64,000 nucleotides of DNA from assembly GCA_044228685.1 (NCBI GenBank), contig JBGAUL010000002.1, positions 206,218-270,217 on the forward strand. The letters are read 5' to 3'. The translations under genes and the position numbers were made by a program. Every line of letters begins with the position of its first letter. The first letter of the stretch is position 1. This document shows, one piece after another, positions 7,964 through 17,119 of this stretch. The notes under the pieces were generated by a model. The model did no database searches. It saw nothing but the letters and a program-made list of their open reading frames with translations, and was not told where the DNA came from. Source of the DNA: Chlorobiota bacterium (lineage in GTDB: Bacteria; Bacteroidota; Ignavibacteria; Kapaibacteriales; NICIL-2).

Positions 7964-9145
7964 CTACTCCTGACACAAACTCATCACCGACGCTTGCAGC
8001 TTCTCTCGAAACTCTTCCATTTTGTCTTCTTTGATCAATTCTTGCGCAGTGCGAAGTATGCGATAAGACGCGTTGTTGGTGATTTCACAGAAGTATAACT
8101 TCAATTCAGCGCCGGCTTCGACGCGACGGAGTGTACCGGTGATGTAGTACTTCACTTCAAGACGATATAATGCATCTAACTCCTGACGACTAGGCTCATT
8201 GTCGTTCTCAATCACATACATCTTGTACAGCGCGTAAATACTGTCGCGGGTATCAACATCGTAACACACATAGTTCGGTGAGTCTTTCAATGCATCGAAT
8301 ATGTTCACCACAGCATCATAGGCGTTCACCGTGTGGTTTTTGAACATATCCCAAGCGTCCAATGAAGCATCGTCACTAAACACCAATCCGCCCGGAACTA
8401 CCGTCTCTGCAGGCTTGACCTTGAATGCAGCCGGAGCCTTCTCATACAACGTCGTGTCACCCAGTGCTACGCACAATGCGCGCTGTATTGCCGTCAATAC
8501 CGCAGGATCACTTACCAAACGATTCTTCTTCTCTGTGCGGAATCGAATCAGGGCATATCCTTGTCCACGAGCTATTGTCTTAAACGAATCTCCCTGAGCA
8601 ATCTGGACTTCGGCTCGGAGAATATTTTCAAGACGATCGACGCGGAGAAATACACTGCCTTTGGCTCCAACCAAGGGAGCGAGCTTTAAGGCAGTCGTGG
8701 TGTGAATCGAGTCACCCGTACGCAGATGCTGGAGCTTGGCAACGGAGTCAACTACCCGTGCATTTATGAGCGAATAACGGCTTGTTAGGTCCAGTGCTAG
8801 GGCAAGTCCGGCCTCGAGTTTGCTCTCTTTGAAATTGATCGCCCGACCGCATACCAGCTGACCAATCATAAAGGGAGTTTTGGCAACTGAAGTACCATTC
8901 GCCGATGTGATGTCAGCGCCAGACCCCTGAGCACCCTCGCGAAGGGTTGTGCTCGACTCCTTTGTCTTGACCTTTGACTGCGTGTTTTGCTTGTTTTTCT
9001 TCGAGTTTTGGGCATTTAGCTCTGCTGCGAGACCGAGCTGTAGACCGCAGAGTAGAAGGACAAACAGGCCAAATGAAGCCATGCCGACTTTTGGACTAAA
9101 GCTAGTTCGTATTATGCGGCGTCTGAGGCTCTTTTTTTGTATCAT
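7964..9145 (-). CDS. Hypothetical secreted protein
   Basis: 393-aa ORF with a hydrophobic signal segment (FGLFVLLLCGLQLGLAAELNA|Q) followed by a Lys/Ser/Thr-rich linker. No recognisable domain. Start could be 9145 or the internal Met at MASFG. Confidence 0.5.
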   Translation of the reverse strand: MIQKKSLRRRIIRTSFSPKVGMASFGLFVLLLCGLQLGLAAELNAQNSKKNKQNTQSKVKTKESSTTLREGAQGSGADITSANGTSVAKTPFMIGQLVCGRAINFKESKLEAGLALALDLTSRYSLINARVVDSVAKLQHLRTGDSIHTTTALKLAPLVGAKGSVFLRVDRLENILRAEVQIAQGDSFKTIARGQGYALIRFRTEKKNRLVSDPAVLTAIQRALCVALGDTTLYEKAPAAFKVKPAETVVPGGLVFSDDASLDAWDMFKNHTVNAYDAVVNIFDALKDSPNYVCYDVDTRDSIYALYKMYVIENDNEPSRQELDALYRLEVKYYITGTLRRVEAGAELKLYFCEITNNASYRILRTAQELIKEDKMEEFREKLQASVMSLCQE

Positions 9146-9298
9146 TTTTCTGCTTCAAGTGTTCTTTTTTGGCGTGGAATTCGCTTTGTGTTGAGGCTAA
9201 GAAGATACGATTTTTGAGAGACATACGAGGGTTGAGTCAAAGGCTCAATTCAGCGTAGCTCAGACCTGACCATATCACATCCTAACCCGGGAAGATCT

Positions 9299-12200
9299 AT
9301 GAAGAGTTTTTTAATCCTTCTCATCGCTTTCACGATACTTCCTTTCAGTCAGCTGCAGGCTCAGTTTCCCGCACCATGTGACGCTGACAAAGCATGCGTC
9401 GGCTTGGCATACACCCCAACCGTCAGTAGCGGTAGCGCCCAGAACTACATCGACGTGCAGAAAACAGCCGGTCAGATGCTTGGCACCACTGCTATGAGCG
9501 TTGAATTTTGGATCAACGCTACGAAGCAAGCGGGTTCGAGAGTGTATTTGGGTGGACAATGGGGACCTTACACCGTCAACGACGACAACTTCGACGGAAA
9601 CAACTCCTGGGCCGTGTACATCACCCCCGCCGACGAATTGGTTTTTGAGTTGAATGGAAATGGAAACAATACCGGTTCTACGGATAACACCATTGCTAAA
9701 ACAAGCGCTTCGTCTTTGTACGGCTCTTGGAAGCATCTGTGTTTTGTTTTCGATGGAACAACACACGAGGCTATCATCTATATCAATGCTCACGAAGTCG
9801 CACGCGCATCGAATGCAAGTTCGCCGCTAAACACGCTGCGACGTCCAGCGGATCCGAAATACAATCTGCAGTTGGGCTCCACGAGTGATATCGCGCGCTT
9901 CGGCAACTACCGCACCTTCATTGGCCAGATGGACGAAATCCGTATCTGGAGACGCGTCCTCTCGTCTCTCGAGATCTACTGTAACATGGAGCGCTCGCTT
10001 GCCGGAAATGAAAATGGATTGACGCTCTACTATCGTTGCAACGACAGAACACCTGACCTCTGCGATGCAACCGGTAATGGCTACGTCGGCAAGATGGCTA
10101 ACATGGATGCCTGCAAAGCAAGCAACAGAACGATAACACAGAAGATCAGCACTGACCTCAAGTCTATTGTCGATGACGTCAAGTGCGTGACTGACAAATC
10201 GTGGCAGATCAATGTCACGGATACCTCCTTTCAATCCTGTTCAAACACCTACACCTTCTCAATCACCGGCAAAGACGCTCGCTTCTTCAAAGTCAATCCA
10301 ACATCAGCCGTTCTCGCTGCTAACACGCCGGTGGGTGTCACCATCAGCTTCAGCGGCAACGTCACCGGTGCTATCACTGCTCAACTGCAAATCAAATCCG
10401 CGAATCGTTGCGCTGCTCAGTTGAATGTTGATATCAACCTTACACGCTCTACTGAGATTCAACTGCAAAAGCGTTCTATGACCTTTGATACGCTGTATGC
10501 AAAGTGTCGTTCGACGCCTTACTACGACAGTGCCATCGTCATTTGTAACAATACCGGTCCGACAGGCACAAACACTAATCGCTCTATCACGATTCAAGGT
10601 GGATCGATGCTGCGCTATCCTGCGGTGTTCCAAGTCTTGCCGCCGAAAAACAAGAGCTTCCCCTTTACTCTTGCTCCCGGACAATGCGATACCGTGTGGC
10701 TTCGATTTAATCCAACCATCGATACAACCTTTGCATATGCCGATACCCTGCACATTCTTTCCAACGACGCATGTAATGGTAGCGGCTTGATTGCCGTCAC
10801 CGCAGTTATTCAAGAAGTGTTTTCGATTAGGGATGTGAGTGGTAAAACACGACTGACATCGCTCTCGTTCCCGAGTACTTGTCCGGGAGATATCAGCGAT
10901 TCGCGCGGATGGAATTGGTATAATCTTACAAGAAGAAATTTAATCATCGATAGTATCTACATCCCCAAGACAATTGTGACGGTGGGTATGCCTAAAGTTC
11001 CACCTGCCTATACACTCAGACCATCAGCGACTAACGGAGAACTCCAGAAGTACTTCAGGTTTAAGCCGCTGGTGCCCGGACTCGTCAACAACGACCCTAT
11101 CATTTTCTATGCACACTTGGCGGGATTCAATTGTCAGTTTGTTGATACGCTGAAGTGGCAAGGACGTGGACTCGACAATGATGTGGTGTTCTCAACTCTT
11201 GCAGTTGACTTTGGGAATGTGATTGTCGGTAAAGACTCGACCATTAGCGTCACCTTTACTAACAAGAGCACTACCGATGTGATGAACATTTCCTTCTATT
11301 TGAAGACGGGAGATGTGTTTCTCTTTACAGGTACGAATTCAGCAACACTCACACCCGGACAACAGAAGACAATCAACATTACCTTCCGTCCAACACAACC
11401 GATTCAGTACGCCGATGAGCTCTGTCTCTTTGAACAACGCTGCTATACCACGCAGTGTATCCCGGTTCGTGGTCGAGGTGTGATTGAGAAATTCCGATTT
11501 GATCCCATCGTCATGACAATCAAGAACGTCATTGCGTGTCGCGATTCGATCTCCTACGTCGATATCATAAACGAGTCCACTGTCGCACAAACTCTTAGCA
11601 AGTTCGCGCTGAATAGCGGTCCGCCGCAGATCAGCAGCGTTGATCAAAACGGAGCTCCCTTCAATCTCGCCGGCTATTCTGTCACCTTACAACCCGGACA
11701 AAAGCAGCGCTTCTATTTCCGCTTTAATCCGAACAACTTGACTCAGGACATTGCGATTACGGGATACCTGGAATATTATACTTCGCTAACAGGCGACAAG
11801 TGGATGGTGCGGTTATACGGTACATCGATTGTTCCTCGACTCTATATCACACCGCTAACGATTTACGGAACACTTGAGGTTGGTGATACTAGACGAGATT
11901 CTGTAACGCTCGAAAACGTTTCTCCGGTGCCGATCTACGTTGACACACTCATCGTCCCAGCCGGCTACAAACTGATTTCCATGAATCGCACTCTACCTCG
12001 TGTTCTGCAACCGCGCGATTCCATCACGGCAGTTGTTGATTTTGCGCCAACAGTTAACGGCGTGTACAATAGTCAGATTGTTGCTAAAGGTTCGCAGCCT
12101 TGTCCGCTGATCGAGACAGATGGCGACTTGCAAGGCAAGACCGTCATTGTGCAGCTCGATGCGAGCTTGTCGATTCAGAACTTTTCCTACGTGCGTCCCT

Positions 12201-14380
12201 GCGATTGCATCACGCGCGACATTCCGCTTGTCAACAATTCATTCGTCAACAACATGGTGATTGATTCCATGTGGGTTGACTCAAACAATGTTGCGAACGG
12301 AACTCCGAAACTCTTTAGCTGGACTTCGCACTTCTACGAGGTCAATGGGAAGGTGCTTCCCTTTACCATTCCACCACGTTCAACTGATACAGTGCATTTG
12401 ACTTTCTGTCCTCGTACTCCGGCGGAAAGCAAAAACATCAACTGCGTTGCCCGCTTCAACATCAATGCTCACGGTGCTGGTTGGGGTCCGAACAAATACA
12501 ACTGCTTCCTCGCCGGCAAGCGCAGTCTCATGTTCAAACCAACCGTTACCGTTGTTAACTGCGGCAACATCGGCGTTGATAACAAGAGCTTACCACAACG
12601 CGACACACTTGCTATTCCTGGATTGGTTGATAATCCGGGTCAAGACACAATTCAAATTGACTCCATCACCTATCTCCCCGACGATCGCGTGTTCACGCAC
12701 GCAGATTCCGCGGGAAATGCGATCAACTTCCCTGTCATCATCAAGCCGGGCGGAAAACCATATCCATTCCGCTTCTACTTCAAACCGCGTGCACCGCGTC
12801 AGTACATCGCTCGAGCAGTGTTGCACTATTCGAAGCCGTGTAAAGATGTGGACACCACAATCTTGCTGCGAGGCTTTGGTTTGGCGCCAGCTTATGGTCT
12901 GCAGTTAACCTATGACAGCAAACGCAGCGTTACCGATACCTTTAGGATTGTCAGTTGTGATACACTGCACATACCGGTCTATTCATCACGCGCTATTCCT
13001 GCGCCGACCGTCGACGTGCAATTCGAGGCGGTCTACGACACTACCAAACTGATGTACATTGGCGGCACCTCAGTCTACAATCCCCCAACTGCTAAAGCAT
13101 CGTTGCTCGGTGGTACGCAAGTCACTGTGAAGGACTGTCGCAACGCGGATTCTCTCCGTCCATTCTGCGTCATGAATTTTGTGCCGCGCACGAACACGCG
13201 CTTTACAACACCGATCAACATTGACTCAATCTTCTTCGATACTCAAGAAGTGTTGAATTTCTATTTGAGTGCCGGTGGTGACAATGGCGTGGTGGTGGTT
13301 GATCAAGCAGAGTTGAAGATTCAACGTCCGCTGCTCGACTTTGACAGCGTTCGCGTGTTGGATTGCGTCGTTGATTCCTTCCTCGTTGCCAACACAGGCG
13401 ATGTTGCTATCACGGTTGATTCAATTCTCGTGCTGCCTCGCGACGTCAAGTATATCTCCTCAACGCCTTCACGAACAACACCATTGAATCCCGGCGAGAG
13501 CGCCGTTGTGGTGGTGCAGTATTGTCCGCGCGATTACAGCTCATTCGATTCGCTCGCCTTCGCCTTTGCCTCAATGCCGTGTCGTTTGCATGACTCGCTT
13601 CAGCTTAAAGGACGTGGCTTCGTTCCCATCGTCCCAATTCAGTTCAGTACTGACAATGTGAATTACGCTAGTCCGGCTCCGCGAGGTGGAACCTTAGGTG
13701 ATACCATCACCATTCCTATGTATCTTGATCGAGATTTCAGCACGACCTATCACAACACCACCTACTGGCTGCAAGACATGAACTTCAGCGTTGGTGCGCG
13801 ATGGAATAAGTACATGCTGAAGTATCTTAGTGCATCGTCTGCATTGGGAAGCAGAGTATCGATTACTCAAGAGCGCTACGACTCTGTGACGGTGCATTTC
13901 CAACACGTTGATAGTCTACGCGCAGGCAAACTTGCTGACTTGAAGTTCTTGATACTCGTTCCCGATACCGTACAAGACGATCTCGTCATCGTCCCGGATT
14001 CCGTCTACACAACTGATTCTCTTCTCTTCATCAAACTCTTGCCAACCGGCGCAAAGACATTGGTGCAGACCGGTGCGAAGTGCAACACAACAACTTCACG
14101 TGTCAATGCAAGCTCCGCACTGCTTTATCAAACGATTCCAAATCCATCAACCAATCGTGTGAGTTTCCGCTTTGATATTCAAGAGTATGTGCCGGCGTTG
14201 TTACAGGTCTACAACTCGACCGGTGAACTCGTCGCAACCTTGTTGGATGGCTCAAGGAAACTTGATTCAGGTCAGCACGAAATAGAATGGGACGTCTCGC
14301 ATCTCCCGCCAGGAGTTTATACCTACACTCTATTTGCCGGTATCTTCAGTGATAAAAAGCAAATGGTTGTAGTGAGGTAG
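9299..14380 (+). CDS. Giant (1693 aa) secreted protein: N-terminal LamG/concanavalin-like domain, many Ig-like (ASH / choice-of-anchor-D-like) modules, T9SS C-terminal sorting domain
   Basis: Signal peptide ...SQLQA|QF. LamG-type block (WKHLCFVFDG...FIGQMDEIRIWRRVLS). Recurrent ~100-aa modules of the form DFGNVIVGKDSTISVTFTNKSTTDV...L.F.P. The C-terminus (YQTIPNPSTNRVSFRF...LPPGVYTYTLFAG...KQMVVVR) looks like a type-A T9SS CTD. Confidence 0.8.
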   Translation: MKSFLILLIAFTILPFSQLQAQFPAPCDADKACVGLAYTPTVSSGSAQNYIDVQKTAGQMLGTTAMSVEFWINATKQAGSRVYLGGQWGPYTVNDDNFDGNNSWAVYITPADELVFELNGNGNNTGSTDNTIAKTSASSLYGSWKHLCFVFDGTTHEAIIYINAHEVARASNASSPLNTLRRPADPKYNLQLGSTSDIARFGNYRTFIGQMDEIRIWRRVLSSLEIYCNMERSLAGNENGLTLYYRCNDRTPDLCDATGNGYVGKMANMDACKASNRTITQKISTDLKSIVDDVKCVTDKSWQINVTDTSFQSCSNTYTFSITGKDARFFKVNPTSAVLAANTPVGVTISFSGNVTGAITAQLQIKSANRCAAQLNVDINLTRSTEIQLQKRSMTFDTLYAKCRSTPYYDSAIVICNNTGPTGTNTNRSITIQGGSMLRYPAVFQVLPPKNKSFPFTLAPGQCDTVWLRFNPTIDTTFAYADTLHILSNDACNGSGLIAVTAVIQEVFSIRDVSGKTRLTSLSFPSTCPGDISDSRGWNWYNLTRRNLIIDSIYIPKTIVTVGMPKVPPAYTLRPSATNGELQKYFRFKPLVPGLVNNDPIIFYAHLAGFNCQFVDTLKWQGRGLDNDVVFSTLAVDFGNVIVGKDSTISVTFTNKSTTDVMNISFYLKTGDVFLFTGTNSATLTPGQQKTINITFRPTQPIQYADELCLFEQRCYTTQCIPVRGRGVIEKFRFDPIVMTIKNVIACRDSISYVDIINESTVAQTLSKFALNSGPPQISSVDQNGAPFNLAGYSVTLQPGQKQRFYFRFNPNNLTQDIAITGYLEYYTSLTGDKWMVRLYGTSIVPRLYITPLTIYGTLEVGDTRRDSVTLENVSPVPIYVDTLIVPAGYKLISMNRTLPRVLQPRDSITAVVDFAPTVNGVYNSQIVAKGSQPCPLIETDGDLQGKTVIVQLDASLSIQNFSYVRPCDCITRDIPLVNNSFVNNMVIDSMWVDSNNVANGTPKLFSWTSHFYEVNGKVLPFTIPPRSTDTVHLTFCPRTPAESKNINCVARFNINAHGAGWGPNKYNCFLAGKRSLMFKPTVTVVNCGNIGVDNKSLPQRDTLAIPGLVDNPGQDTIQIDSITYLPDDRVFTHADSAGNAINFPVIIKPGGKPYPFRFYFKPRAPRQYIARAVLHYSKPCKDVDTTILLRGFGLAPAYGLQLTYDSKRSVTDTFRIVSCDTLHIPVYSSRAIPAPTVDVQFEAVYDTTKLMYIGGTSVYNPPTAKASLLGGTQVTVKDCRNADSLRPFCVMNFVPRTNTRFTTPINIDSIFFDTQEVLNFYLSAGGDNGVVVVDQAELKIQRPLLDFDSVRVLDCVVDSFLVANTGDVAITVDSILVLPRDVKYISSTPSRTTPLNPGESAVVVVQYCPRDYSSFDSLAFAFASMPCRLHDSLQLKGRGFVPIVPIQFSTDNVNYASPAPRGGTLGDTITIPMYLDRDFSTTYHNTTYWLQDMNFSVGARWNKYMLKYLSASSALGSRVSITQERYDSVTVHFQHVDSLRAGKLADLKFLILVPDTVQDDLVIVPDSVYTTDSLLFIKLLPTGAKTLVQTGAKCNTTTSRVNASSALLYQTIPNPSTNRVSFRFDIQEYVPALLQVYNSTGELVATLLDGSRKLDSGQHEIEWDVSHLPPGVYTYTLFAGIFSDKKQMVVVR

Positions 14381-14399
14381 GTGAGAAGTTATCAGAAAG

Positions 14400-14436
14400 A
14401 AAAAAGCGATGTGTACATGGTACGCATCGCTTTTTT
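14400..14436. terminator. Bidirectional rho-independent terminator between convergent genes
   Basis: A6, then GCGATGTGTAC (14406-14416), loop ATG, GTACGCATCGC (14420-14430), then T6. The 11-bp stem has one G.T pair. A-run and T-run flanks allow termination in both directions. Confidence 0.65.
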
Positions 14437-14477
14437 CTTTTTAACTGATTCGGGATTCTCTGCGCTATTCTTTGCGC

Positions 14478-16304
14478 TTATGATTTCTTCAACAAACCTT
14501 TACGGAAGCTGACTTGATTTGGCGCCGGATTCTCAAGCACGTCAACGACATTCTTGCGCATTATTGATTTCTCTGTGGGTGCGGCTTTGAGCGTTAGCTC
14601 TTGTCCGTTGCGGTGTACAAGCATCGACACTTCCTTATCATTCTTTGGCTGCCAGATAAACATCTGCAACATTTCAACCTTGTTGTCTGGAGTGACCTGA
14701 ATGTCGTTGATTTTGATGAGCGTATCGCCATCCACAATCTTGAAATCATTCTCACTCTTGACGCTCAGAATTACCGCATCATTCACACGCGGTTTGAAGA
14801 AGATGCGTGATGAAGCGAATTGAAATCCCTTCACCATTGCAGAGTCTTTGTACGAGTATCCAACTGAATTGAGTGCTTGTTGGATTGGTGGAGCTTTTTC
14901 ACCGATAACAAAATCATCGAAGAATGGTCGAAGATCGGGCCCGACAAGATTTACAAACTCATCTACCAAGTCGTCATCTTTGAACGGACGTTCCGGACCA
15001 TAGCGTGAGCTCAGCGCACGAATCACACCAAGCAAATCCAATCGTCCGCCGGTGAGTTCGCGAATGCGCATATCCAAGCAGAACGCTAATACGGCACCTG
15101 TCTCATACACGATTGGATACAGCGCTTGATTTTCATCGGTGAGCACATTACGACTAAAGCGAGTAAATGACATGGTGCGACCGTGCAGCATACCATTACC
15201 GTTACGATACTTCTGAATCAGATGATTAAAAAACTCGCGCTCGCTCATGAGCGTGTCTTGTGCGCGTGAGAGCACCGAGAAGTACTCAGTGCATCCTTCA
15301 TACAACCACAAGTGCTGCGACATTTTCGGCGAGCGAAAATCAAAGTCATGAACTTCTTCGCTATGCAAATTCAACGGCACAAGAATGTGCAAGAACTCGT
15401 GTCCGGCAGTGGAACGTATTGACTCCGCAACGCCACTCATACCGCCACCTTCAGGCAAGAAATAGAAACTAGAATAGGAATGTTCAAGCGCGCCGTAGCT
15501 AAAGCGGTGCGACATGGAAAACATCTCAGGATCGGCGAAGTAGAGAATGAAGGTGTATCGCGTCACGGGCATCACACCAAAGAACTTGCCGAGTGCGGCA
15601 GAGAGTGGCTGAAGTTCGTGAGCGACCATCGCTGCTGTGACTTTCTTGCGCGGCGAATAGATGGCAATGGTCACGTTCATATTGTTCTGCATAAACGACA
15701 TTGTGTCGGGCACGCAGTACATGATTGGATTGTCAACGAGGTGCGGATAGCTGTGAGCCGATAGAATATCTACCGTATCATTTAATTCCAGACGATCCAA
15801 TGACGTTGCACCATAAAAACCGCGCGGCTTGCGCACTTGAATTTCATAGGGCAGGTTTTTGAATCCTTCGAAGAAGCCAAAGTAGCCATGCGTATTGATG
15901 ACGAAGTTAGTGTCTTTTTGAATATTCGTTCCGGTAGGTTGAAAGACCTTAAACGCTTCAGGATCATCCCAGGTGTCGCGCACTCTGTATTCCAATCGCG
16001 TTGGTGCTCCGTAGAGAATCACATCACCATCATCACGTCGAACTTTGGTCTCAGTTCCATCCGCAGCGAAAGCATGTGCTTCCATAATGAATCGACCATA
16101 ATCATCGCGCGAGTAGGTGCCCGGTACCGAGCGTGGAATCACGTAGCGGATTGAATCACCGTCGTGAGCAGGAACTTGAACTGTGACGTTGACCATGTCG
16201 TCATGACAACCTGCAAGGTCAATGCTTGCACTGATAAATGCAGGTCGTGCTTGCAAGACCAAAGGCAAACAGAACACAAGGAGCGAAAGGCGCAAAGATT
16301 TCAT
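14478..16304 (-). CDS. Secreted M61/COG3975-like zinc metallopeptidase with C-terminal PDZ-like domain
   Basis: Signal peptide, HExxH (AGHEFLHIL) with downstream LYEGCTEYF, and a C-terminal PDZ-like segment (KIVDGDTLIKINDIQV). Confidence 0.6.
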   Translation of the reverse strand: MKSLRLSLLVFCLPLVLQARPAFISASIDLAGCHDDMVNVTVQVPAHDGDSIRYVIPRSVPGTYSRDDYGRFIMEAHAFAADGTETKVRRDDGDVILYGAPTRLEYRVRDTWDDPEAFKVFQPTGTNIQKDTNFVINTHGYFGFFEGFKNLPYEIQVRKPRGFYGATSLDRLELNDTVDILSAHSYPHLVDNPIMYCVPDTMSFMQNNMNVTIAIYSPRKKVTAAMVAHELQPLSAALGKFFGVMPVTRYTFILYFADPEMFSMSHRFSYGALEHSYSSFYFLPEGGGMSGVAESIRSTAGHEFLHILVPLNLHSEEVHDFDFRSPKMSQHLWLYEGCTEYFSVLSRAQDTLMSEREFFNHLIQKYRNGNGMLHGRTMSFTRFSRNVLTDENQALYPIVYETGAVLAFCLDMRIRELTGGRLDLLGVIRALSSRYGPERPFKDDDLVDEFVNLVGPDLRPFFDDFVIGEKAPPIQQALNSVGYSYKDSAMVKGFQFASSRIFFKPRVNDAVILSVKSENDFKIVDGDTLIKINDIQVTPDNKVEMLQMFIWQPKNDKEVSMLVHRNGQELTLKAAPTEKSIMRKNVVDVLENPAPNQVSFRKGLLKKS

Positions 16305-16551
16305 ACGCTGAGAAAATCAATAACGGTTACTATTCTGAGAGTTGTAGCGTTGCTCTGACGGCGGATCGTCGAGCAACAATGGACGCGAATATAGGTCAGC
16401 AATAGCTTACAGAACTGTTAAGGGGGCGTGAATGCTGGCTTTTTTCGGATGCGGAGAAGCGTGTCAAGTGAATCATGATGCGAGTAGATACGACAATGCC
16501 TCAGCAGAACGATGAGGCATTGACACATTCTCTTGCTGCTTTCAAGCTTCG

Positions 16552-17019
16552 TTATTCTGCGCTTTGCTTCCACGACAATTGATCAGCAACCGAGTCAATA
16601 GTCCGCTCCAAATCACGCAAGCCCGGAGGCGGTCCAAAGCGATCCGTTACCTTCTTGGTAGAATCGTTCAGGGTATAACGCAAGGTGTAGGTTGGGATGT
16701 CAGTGACGGCATCGTCATACACATCATTCAGACTGAAGAACTTGATTCGATCAAACTCTTTAATCAAATAAGTCAGTGACTCGGTTGAGATCGTTGCAGT
16801 GTAGTGTCCAATCTTCTCCACATTTGACTTGCCATCATAAACAGCCGTTCCATCACCGCGAAGAGTGAGTGTATAAGCCGGACATGTGCCGAAGCATGCG
16901 GTGCGATCCAGCATGATAACGGGATTCTTCGGACCAAAATTCACGATTGGTTTTGAACTGGCGCATGCGCCGATAAAAACCAAGGAACAAACTGCGAGCA
17001 CTCGTGTGCAAAGGGTCAT
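16552..17019 (-). CDS. Small lipoprotein, DUF6438-like
   Basis: Signal peptide with lipobox FIGAC and the conserved-looking CFGTCPAYTLTLRGDGTAVYDG block. Confidence 0.45.
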   Translation of the reverse strand: MTLCTRVLAVCSLVFIGACASSKPIVNFGPKNPVIMLDRTACFGTCPAYTLTLRGDGTAVYDGKSNVEKIGHYTATISTESLTYLIKEFDRIKFFSLNDVYDDAVTDIPTYTLRYTLNDSTKKVTDRFGPPPGLRDLERTIDSVADQLSWKQSAE

Positions 17020-17119
17020 AATGGCTGAGCCGTGAAGCTCCTACAAAGTGGTTGTTGTGATATCTGACACAGATGATTCAAAAAGGGTTCACAGCACTAG
17101 CCTTCGCGTCACGCACTTT

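Noticed and set aside
16494-16522. Perfect 10-bp hairpin (CAATGCCTCA...TGAGGCATTG) downstream of the DUF6438-like gene as a terminator
   Set aside because: There is no U-tract on the relevant (minus) strand. It may still stabilise the mRNA 3' end, but I did not list it as a terminator.
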